Shown: positions 28,878-35,516 of the stretch, piece by piece
How positions within the stretch are numbered: the stretch's first letter is position 1
How the letters are laid out: every line of letters begins with the position of its first letter
Source: a virus
Taxonomy: Duplodnaviria; Caudoviricetes
DNA length: 53,218 nucleotides
IMG/VR virus record: IMGVR_UViG_3300037150_000044
Location: 1 to 53,218 of that record
Reading direction: 5' to 3' (one strand)
The notes under the pieces: model-generated
What the model was told of the DNA's origin: nothing
Databases searched by the model: none
Seen by the model: the letters and a program-made list of their open reading frames with translations, nothing else
Program-made: the position numbers and the translations under genes

Positions 28878-29228
28878 TTACTTTTTCTTCTTGGACTTAC
28901 CAGCAACGCTTAGTGCGATTGCGATGGCCTGCTTCTGCGGTTTAGTTTTCAACTCTGTCTTGATGTTCTTCGAGACTGCCTTGTTGCTTTTACCTTTTAC
29001 TAACGGCATAACTGATCCCTCTTCAAACGCTGGATACGGCTTGTCGATCCACTGGTATGTTAGTGGAGTCGAACTCACCCTTACTGCCAGTTCCTTGCCT
29101 AGCTTGATTACAGCCGGGACGCCGGGAATGCTATCGAACAGGAGCGGGATACGCACCGTTCTCATAAATCGGTTCTCACCGTCCACGAGGTTCGCACGCC
29201 CGTAACCTATCGTTTTGATGTTGCCCAT
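28878..29228 (-). CDS. hypothetical protein ending in a basic MPLVKGKS...QAIAIALS domain (internal start at 29009 possible)
   Basis: The C-terminal 43 aa match a common small basic phage protein pattern. Confidence 0.55.
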   Translation of the reverse strand: MGNIKTIGYGRANLVDGENRFMRTVRIPLLFDSIPGVPAVIKLGKELAVRVSSTPLTYQWIDKPYPAFEEGSVMPLVKGKSNKAVSKNIKTELKTKPQKQAIAIALSVAGKSKKKK

Positions 29229-29566
29229 ATTGACCTCATTGTATTGCGAATCCATCTCCATGTCAAGTTATTTTTATGGAACTCGCGGTTGAAGATTATG
29301 CACGGCCAGCAGCTACAGGTGTCTGACTTCTCCGCGTACTCGCGTGCCATCATGCGTACGAATTCGTCTGAGCACGACTTAGCTGCTATTAGATCATCGA
29401 GCTTCAACAGATCGTAATGCCTGCCTGTGTTGTCCCACACATCAGCAGCGTAGTCCGCGTACTGACCTATGCAGAGGTCTCTAAGGTTTACTTCTTGAGA
29501 ACCTTTGGGCAACAAGTTGACCATCTCTAGCTCGGCAGCACACCTCTCGATGTCAGCTTTATTCAC
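29207..29566 (-). CDS. hypothetical protein
   Basis: GTGA overlap start (VNKADIERC...). Confidence 0.55.
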   Translation of the reverse strand: MNKADIERCAAELEMVNLLPKGSQEVNLRDLCIGQYADYAADVWDNTGRHYDLLKLDDLIAAKSCSDEFVRMMAREYAEKSDTCSCWPCIIFNREFHKNNLTWRWIRNTMRSIWATSKR

Positions 29567-29778
29567 GCTGCCCTCGGGCCGTCTGGTGGAATCAGAGACG
29601 GCGGGCGAGGAATCTGAATCACCGGCTTGCTGGTCTGCTTGACGCGTTGCGTGCATTGCCAGCAGAACAGATCGACAACGCTTAGTTTCAGCTTGGCGTT
29701 CAGCGGAGTGTCTTTCGGGATGTAACATACAACCTCCCCACACCTTCCGCAACCTATTGGATCAAACTCAGCATCCAT
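29563..29778 (-). CDS. small Zn-finger protein
   Basis: CGRC...CWQC; SD GGAGG. Confidence 0.6.
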   Translation of the reverse strand: MDAEFDPIGCGRCGEVVCYIPKDTPLNAKLKLSVVDLFCWQCTQRVKQTSKPVIQIPRPPSLIPPDGPRAA

Positions 29779-30207
29779 TCAAACCTCCTTTGGAGGCTTA
29801 GGGTATTTGAACCCGTCCTCAACTGGTGAGAGCAGGGTCACGTATTCAGGCGGCAGGGTCTTTGGATCAACCACAAGGATGCGACTCGGGTAAGTAAGGA
29901 ACCCAGCAGTCTTGCACAGGTTCACACCGTAATGCCCTTCGTAGTCGTCATCGACTCCCCATACCTTGATCTTGTACTCGTAGTGGCCTGCCGTATGAAG
30001 ACGCTTTTCATGAGTCTGCCAGTTCTCGACCCATACGTCATCCTTCCACTCGAACTCGACCTTGAGTACCTTGCCAATCCTCAGCCCGGCGCACCGGCCT
30101 AAAGCGTGACCGTACGCGATACAGCTACCAACTAGGATCGGTCGGCCCGTCTTGTCCTTCGGTGTCGTGCTGTCCTGCTTCACTGACGCCGGTAGTTTCG
30201 TCTCCAT
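29779..30207 (-). CDS. hypothetical protein
   Basis: KDKTGRPILVG motif; SD GGAGG. Confidence 0.65.
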   Translation of the reverse strand: METKLPASVKQDSTTPKDKTGRPILVGSCIAYGHALGRCAGLRIGKVLKVEFEWKDDVWVENWQTHEKRLHTAGHYEYKIKVWGVDDDYEGHYGVNLCKTAGFLTYPSRILVVDPKTLPPEYVTLLSPVEDGFKYPKPPKEV

Positions 30208-30559
30208 GTGCAACCTCCACTGTTACCCAGCCCCAGCCTGCACGCAGGTCTAGGCCCAATTTCTGAAACGCCGCCTTGCTAAGGTCGAGCGAGTATTTGT
30301 GATTCCACGGGCCTCTGTCAGTAATCGTGACAAGGATTTCGTTGCCCGTCAGGACTGAATGGACGCGAACCAAGGTACCCAATGGATACTTCAGACTGGC
30401 TGCTGTCACCCTGCATTGATCGAACTTTTGACCGTTCGCCATCCGGCGTCCGTTGAAACCGTCTGCGTAGTACGAGGCTTTCACAGGGCGGGTCTGTGCT
30501 TGTGTCAACGATGGAAACGCGCACAGCCCTGCGATTAGTAAGGTTATTAGTAGTCGTAT
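30125..30559 (-). CDS. rlpA: RlpA-like DPBB lytic transglycosylase with signal peptide (probable ATA start)
   Basis: ASYYADGFNGRRMANG...TAAS...LGTLVRV...ITDRGP...LDLSKAAF. The in-frame upstream extension IRLLITLLIAGLCAFPSL follows SD AGGAGG. Confidence 0.85.
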   Translation of the reverse strand: MRLLITLLIAGLCAFPSLTQAQTRPVKASYYADGFNGRRMANGQKFDQCRVTAASLKYPLGTLVRVHSVLTGNEILVTITDRGPWNHKYSLDLSKAAFQKLGLDLRAGWGWVTVEVAHGDETTGVSEAGQHDTEGQDGPTDPSW

Positions 30560-30581
30560 GCTTTGCGCCTCCTAAGCGCGG

Positions 30582-30782
30582 TCACACCTCGCGGAACTTG
30601 CGGTACCCCTTAGGATACTCCACGACGGCTGCCACTGGTTCGACAGACGGCACAGGCGTTGGCCCGTGTCGGTGATCATTAGTAAATTCTAACACAGCTT
30701 GTTTTGAGTTGTCAACATATCCTTTTTCCTCAAAGTCTAAAATCTTTGCCAAACGAGCTTGTCCAAGAGGTGTGCTAAACAT
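30582..30782 (-). CDS. hypothetical protein (66 aa)
   Basis: Operon packing. Confidence 0.55.
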   Translation of the reverse strand: MFSTPLGQARLAKILDFEEKGYVDNSKQAVLEFTNDHRHGPTPVPSVEPVAAVVEYPKGYRKFREV

Positions 30783-31755
30783 CTTTGAACTTCCTCTCGC
30801 CCTCGGATTGAGGGACGATAGCTACGTGCCGATGGGCGTTGCAAAACTCGACCAGCACCTTGTCCTCGTGCCTGCGCTGTGTGATCACACCGGCTTCGAT
30901 GTCCTGAGGAGTTTTGCACTTGTCACAGAATAGACGATAGACTGTGATGCCGATTCGCTCCTTGCCCTGTATGGATACGTTCAGGTTGGACATCACGCCG
31001 ACACGCTGGATGAACTTCTGCTCGTCGTTTGAGGTATCCTTGAACCCGTCATCAGCAACCGGCTTCTTCATTGCATCCTTGACGGACTTGGGAATACTAG
31101 GCATAGTGACGAACACCGGCTTAACAACAGGCGGGTTGAGGGTCTGCTCGACCATCTTCGCCTGTTGGTTCTGTAGGTCTTGAATGAGTTTCTGAGACTC
31201 TACAGCCTCTTTTACTAAACCAAGGCCCGCGAACCCACCCATACCCGAACCAAGGCCCGCGAACCCACCCATACCCGAACCAATGGCTCCTAGTGCCCCT
31301 AGAAGGCCAGCAAACGCACTCTTACCGTTGGACTCCGCCTGCTGCTGTAACTGAGCGGTACCTTTTGCTGTCTGGGAACCCTGCCCCATTTTTATAGCCT
31401 GCATCTGAGACTCGATGAACGCCTTCTTGGATTTGATGTGATCGTCAATGACAAGCGAGGCAGCAGATGAGACGAGTTCGGTTCTCTCGGACTCGTTCAT
31501 ATTTGCCATGATCATCGCGTCCAGATACGCGGTGCCATAGTGCTCAGAGGTCATGTCCTTGAACGTCTTGATTACGTTCATGGCAATCGTTCCGTTGGTT
31601 TGGTTGGTGACGAACGACAGCGCGTAGTTAGACGCATCCTCGCCAGACCCGAACTGAACGGACTTCGGCCAGTTGTAGTTGATCTTCAGAAACGTCAACG
31701 CCGCAGCTTTGTCGGCTGCGGTCGATGGCGTCGGTTTAGTCAATTCAACCGGCAT
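30775..31755 (-). CDS. hypothetical protein (about 326 aa) with Gly-rich hydrophobic segment and C-terminal Cys/His cluster
   Basis: Long ORF; CDKC...CNAH. Start is uncertain (31776 or 31755). Confidence 0.7.
   Translation of the reverse strand: MPVELTKPTPSTAADKAAALTFLKINYNWPKSVQFGSGEDASNYALSFVTNQTNGTIAMNVIKTFKDMTSEHYGTAYLDAMIMANMNESERTELVSSAASLVIDDHIKSKKAFIESQMQAIKMGQGSQTAKGTAQLQQQAESNGKSAFAGLLGALGAIGSGMGGFAGLGSGMGGFAGLGLVKEAVESQKLIQDLQNQQAKMVEQTLNPPVVKPVFVTMPSIPKSVKDAMKKPVADDGFKDTSNDEQKFIQRVGVMSNLNVSIQGKERIGITVYRLFCDKCKTPQDIEAGVITQRRHEDKVLVEFCNAHRHVAIVPQSEGERKFKDV
31218..31283. repeat. exact 30-bp tandem duplication (GSGMGGFAGL x2)
   Basis: aaccaaggcccgcgaacccacccatacccg occurs twice. Confidence 0.95.
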
Positions 31756-31759
31756 GGCT

Positions 31760-32278
31760 TTATCCCTGTTGTTCAATAACTCGTTTCTTCAAATCCTCCA
31801 GAGCAATCGGTGTGTAATCCAAAACCTCTGTGCTGACATTGAAGTACCTCGGTCCATAGTGCAAAGGGCCGAAGCTGTTGTGAATGTGTCCGTGAATATT
31901 GGCGATAGACTTTCCGATGCTCTCCGGGTGAACGGGGATGTGAGTAAGCATCATGCGATCCAATAACCGACCAGAGTACACATCTTCAAAGAAAGGCAAA
32001 TAGAGCTTGATGGGGTGCGTGTCGTGGTTACCAAGAACCAGTCTCTTGTGCCCGTTGCAGCGACCAACCGTAGCGATGTGGTGCTTGCTCATCGCAACAT
32101 CACCAAGATGATATGCCTTGTCCTGCGGATTCACGACGGAGTTCCACTTTTCAACCATGAACTCGTCCATCTCTTCGACACACGAGAACGTACGCACACG
32201 TGATCCGTCTGCACGGGTGAAGTTTAGGATATTCGCGTGTCCAAAGTGCGAATCGCTAATCAGAAAGACATTAGGCAT
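31760..32278 (-). CDS. calcineurin-like metallophosphoesterase
   Basis: DSHFGH, HLGD, GNHD, HGHIH. Confidence 0.92.
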   Translation of the reverse strand: MPNVFLISDSHFGHANILNFTRADGSRVRTFSCVEEMDEFMVEKWNSVVNPQDKAYHLGDVAMSKHHIATVGRCNGHKRLVLGNHDTHPIKLYLPFFEDVYSGRLLDRMMLTHIPVHPESIGKSIANIHGHIHNSFGPLHYGPRYFNVSTEVLDYTPIALEDLKKRVIEQQG

Positions 32279-32287
32279 AGTAGCTCC

Positions 32288-33244
32288 TCAAAACATTCTA
32301 TCAATAATCTCTACTAGGTAACCGGCGTTGACCTTCTCCGGGTCTTTCTCTTTCAATCGTTCAATGAGTTGGACGAAGTACGCAGTGTCCACACCCGTCA
32401 GTTGATCTTGTAACACAGGTATGCTCGTCAAGTCAAGCTCACTGATCTGCATTGCCATCTTGAGAATCTGCCCGGCGTTGATCCGCCACCCCCTCGTGAT
32501 GAACTTGCGTAAGCGTACTAGAGAACAGATAGGGTACTTGCTTCCGACATAGCGAAGCTCCTTCGACAGTATCGCCTCCAAAGCCTCAGGACGCAAGACC
32601 AACGTGCTGTCCCAGTTCTGATAGTACGATGTGCAATGCACGAAGTCGTAGTTCTCGTGAATCTCGTCAGGCGTCCCGTAAAAGCGAAGCACAATCTGAA
32701 TCTTATCGCTGAGTGTGATCGCGTTGCCACTTAGGAACACGGGCCGGTAGTCGCCTTTAGGTTCGGTGCGCTTCGCCTCGATGCTGGTGTCCTCGTGAGT
32801 GTCTTCAATCTCCTCAGGGTTGTCAAGTACCTTAGAGATATACTCGCTGCCCTCTTCATCCGGGCGGCCCTCGAAGTATTTGTACTCGCCCCCAGGAGTC
32901 TCGTCCCCGGCCATGCCTACGGACTTTGCCACGATCTTTACGCGCTCAACACCACGCCAGTCCGGGGTGTAGTCTACGTACAAATCGAAGTCCAGTTTAG
33001 GGTGACTCGCCTTGAACTGAGCGACGTAGTATTCAGCGACCGCAGCCGCCGTCTCCTTGTCGCGTAGGTATACGTCGAAGTCATTGACCTCTTCGCCCTG
33101 AAGCATCGACACGATGCAGCCGCCTGTCACGATCACGTTGTTCTTGAGCAGGTCTTTGACCTTCTCGTCCTTGACCGAATCAATCCACGCGTTCAGCTTC
33201 TTCGTGATGATGGCCTTTATTGTCTTTGCTTTGTATCCGGGCAT
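32288..33244 (-). CDS. nucleotidyltransferase (CCA-adding/poly(A) polymerase head-like phage family)
   Basis: VTGGCIVSML...NDFDVY, NYDFVHC, RLRKFITRGW. Confidence 0.7.
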   Translation of the reverse strand: MPGYKAKTIKAIITKKLNAWIDSVKDEKVKDLLKNNVIVTGGCIVSMLQGEEVNDFDVYLRDKETAAAVAEYYVAQFKASHPKLDFDLYVDYTPDWRGVERVKIVAKSVGMAGDETPGGEYKYFEGRPDEEGSEYISKVLDNPEEIEDTHEDTSIEAKRTEPKGDYRPVFLSGNAITLSDKIQIVLRFYGTPDEIHENYDFVHCTSYYQNWDSTLVLRPEALEAILSKELRYVGSKYPICSLVRLRKFITRGWRINAGQILKMAMQISELDLTSIPVLQDQLTGVDTAYFVQLIERLKEKDPEKVNAGYLVEIIDRMF

Positions 33245-33254
33245 GAGTGCTCCT

Positions 33255-33470
33255 TTAGGTTAGTTGAACGTCAACCTGTTCACGACGGAACAGACGGATG
33301 ACTTCGATGTTGGTGGCTTTGGGGAACTTCTTCTTGAGGTTCCGCTTGCCGACGTGAATCACGGACGCGTGCGACGAAGACCACACCACGGTGATAGCTT
33401 CGTTCTTTCTTGTGAACTTGTCCACGAATTCAAACACAATCGACCACACGTACACAGCTTCGTTGATCAT
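33255..33470 (-). CDS. hypothetical protein (71 aa)
   Basis: SD AGGAGG before the ATG at 33470. Confidence 0.6.
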   Translation of the reverse strand: MINEAVYVWSIVFEFVDKFTRKNEAITVVWSSSHASVIHVGKRNLKKKFPKATNIEVIRLFRREQVDVQLT

Positions 33471-33479
33471 TATTCCTCC

Positions 33480-34105
33480 TGATGCCCATTGCACCGCCAC
33501 ACGAGTCACCCACCAAAAGATAGACATGACTCGGGCCATTGTATCGGATATATCGACTTTGCGCTTTTTAGGCGGCGATGATAGACCTTGTGTTGCTAAA
33601 CTTCGTTGAGCCTTTGAGCTACATCGGCCTGAGGCCGACGCCTGCCGCACATTGCAGGAACCTCCACTTTATCAGGGTGGTGCTCTATTGGGAGACCACA
33701 ATGCGCTGACGCGCACGTACCCTCGCCAGTGCTGGCTCTTACCTCTCCGTCAAGAGAGTACGAACTGAAAATGTCACGACCGCGCTGTTCGGCTTGCAGC
33801 CTGCCCGCTAGTCGATCATGCAAGTTTCCATTATCTATTCATGTCACCTTGCAAACCCTCGCCACACGTCGCATTTCACCGATTTGCTACTGATCACCAC
33901 GGCTGGTAGGACGTGCCCACCTCTGCTTCGATTTAGGGGGAGGATGGGTAAAGGCGAACGTTACTCCCATACGTTCACACCTACAGTGGAAAGTTCAACG
34001 ATGGGAAGGCCACTGTGCCTGCACCATATGAGGCTCCGTTGTCTGCATTTTATTTATGGCTCATCAAGAAACGGAAACGAAAGAGCGTTGAGCCAGCTTG
34101 TACAA
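33480..34105 (-). ncRNA. candidate large structured ncRNA (about 620 nt)
   Basis: No credible ORF, many hairpins, directly downstream of the tRNA-like element. Confidence 0.5.
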
Positions 34106-34111
34106 ATATCT

Positions 34112-34188
34112 TGTGCTAGGGTGAGCATCGAACCTCACGACCTTCTGGGTCTTACCCAGATGCTCTATCCAGACTGAGCTACCTAACA
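34112..34188 (-). tRNA. atypical tRNA or tRNA-like element, anticodon AAG (nominally Leu)
   Basis: TGTTAGG-TA-GCTC-AGTCTGGATA-GAGC-A-TCTGG-GTAAGAC-CCAGA-AGGTC-GTGAG-GTTCGATG-CTCAC-CCTAGCA; no encoded CCA. Confidence 0.65.
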
Positions 34189-34189
34189 C

Positions 34190-34675
34190 CCCGCCAACGG
34201 AAAACCCCAAACCCGTTTGCAATGCCTTCCCCTATGAAACCTGATGAAGGCGTTTCCCACTTCTAAAGTTTGCCGAGATTATTTCATACGGCTCTCGGCT
34301 GGCCGCAGCAGATTACGCCGCGAGGCGTGCAACAGAGCGAGTTACGCTAACCTTGCGGAAAGGGAACTCAACAACGTTGCTGCGTTTGCTGGTCACGTTA
34401 GTGGCAGTCTTTGTTTGACTCTCGTTACGGTGAGCATCAGTCCCGGCACGTCCGTCTTGGCTGTATCCAGTTACCCCGTCGAAACCTTGGCACGCCCACC
34501 GAAACACATCTCATGGCCGGAGAACCGGCTCGTGAGGTGGTTGCATCACATCCCTCACGAGCTTAGGCCGGAACCGTTGCAACTCGATTAGAGATGTGTT
34601 CGGGTGGACGTGACGGCATCGAAGCCGTGTCCGCAATAACCTACCAATACATCATACGTGCGTACTCTCAGGGGG
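34190..34675 (-). ncRNA. ssrA: circularly permuted (two-piece) tmRNA
   Basis: The acceptor piece (GGAC-ACGGC-TTCGAT-GCCGT-CACGTCC-A-CC, ending near 34603) precedes the coding piece (GGGCGTG...GGTTTCGACGGGG, starting at 34497). G3:U70 pair. Tag ORF 34405-34313 ends RLAA*. Outer ends are approximate. Confidence 0.88.
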
Positions 34676-34744
34676 CAGGGTTGCAACCCCACGCATTTCG
34701 CACTCGGATTGAGTGGTGTCCTGCTTAGACGACCCCCGATAATG

Positions 34745-34927
34745 TTAGAGCTTCTTGGCTTCCGTCTCAACCGCAGCAACTACTTTCGTTGCGTCGGACT
34801 TCACGATAGCCTCTAACGCTGTGATGCGAGTCTCGAACGCAGTCACAAGACTGGTCAGCTTACCTGACTTATATTCGCGGTAGGCAACATATGCAGCCGC
34901 CGCAAGGATTGACAAAACAATGATCAT
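34745..34927 (-). CDS. small membrane-anchored protein
   Basis: N-terminal TM helix; SD AAGGAG. Confidence 0.7.
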   Translation of the reverse strand: MIIVLSILAAAAYVAYREYKSGKLTSLVTAFETRITALEAIVKSDATKVVAAVETEAKKL

Positions 34928-34947
34928 GGTGTTTCTCCTTTTCTCCT

Positions 34948-34976
34948 ATTGTACTACGGGGCGTCCCGGCTGTCAA
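34948..34976 (-). promoter_or_regulatory. sigma70-type promoter for the small gene plus tmRNA block
   Basis: TTGACA-17-TACAAT. A second one lies at about 35041-35069. Confidence 0.75.
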
Positions 34977-35070
34977 GCACGAGACACCTCCACCACTTGC
35001 ACAACAACCAGAGGTGCAAGCCTCTTTCGATCTTGAATCCATTGTATGCTAGTACCGAACGCTTGTCAAG

Positions 35071-35424
35071 CTATTTCTTCCAACTATGAACGAAGGTGGC
35101 TATCTGCTCAAAAAGATCGTCAATGTGGTATGCCCAGTTCTCGTCATCAAACGACACGTCGTTTTGTTTCATGGTGTGAGAGATTACGTGAACAGATTCA
35201 TGAACTATTGTGGACAAGCTAGCCTTGTCGGGAAGTACCATCAGCATCTCCGTGCAATCGGTGCCCAACCAAGTATAAGCATAGGCTATTTCAGTCACCT
35301 TGATGTTGTGGGTCTTGCTTCTCTTTTTAGCGGAAGCACGTATGTCGTTCGTCACCACAACCGTAAGTTCTTGAGGGAATGGCTTGATGATTATTTTCTT
35401 GATGCGCTCTTTGAACTTCCTCAT
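35071..35424 (-). CDS. HExxH (zincin-like) protein
   Basis: TIVHESVHV...DENWAY. Confidence 0.65.
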   Translation of the reverse strand: MRKFKERIKKIIIKPFPQELTVVVTNDIRASAKKRSKTHNIKVTEIAYAYTWLGTDCTEMLMVLPDKASLSTIVHESVHVISHTMKQNDVSFDDENWAYHIDDLFEQIATFVHSWKK

Positions 35425-35516
35425 TTAGACCTCCAACTGCGAATCAAGTTGCCTATCTGAAGCCATTCCTCGTACGTGAAATCATTTGACTTAGAACCAC
35501 ATTGACATAAACTCAT
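35421..35516 (-). pseudogene. 31-aa remnant resembling the C-terminus of an HNH endonuclease
   Basis: MSLCQCGSKSNDFTYEEWLQIGNLIRSWRSK; compare ...CNVAKRSLTVEEFLTWVRRI in the ORF at 42187. Confidence 0.4.

Noticed and set aside
34313-34507. 64-aa protein ORF on the minus strand
   Set aside because: It is the tmRNA body; only the last 30 codons are the tag frame.
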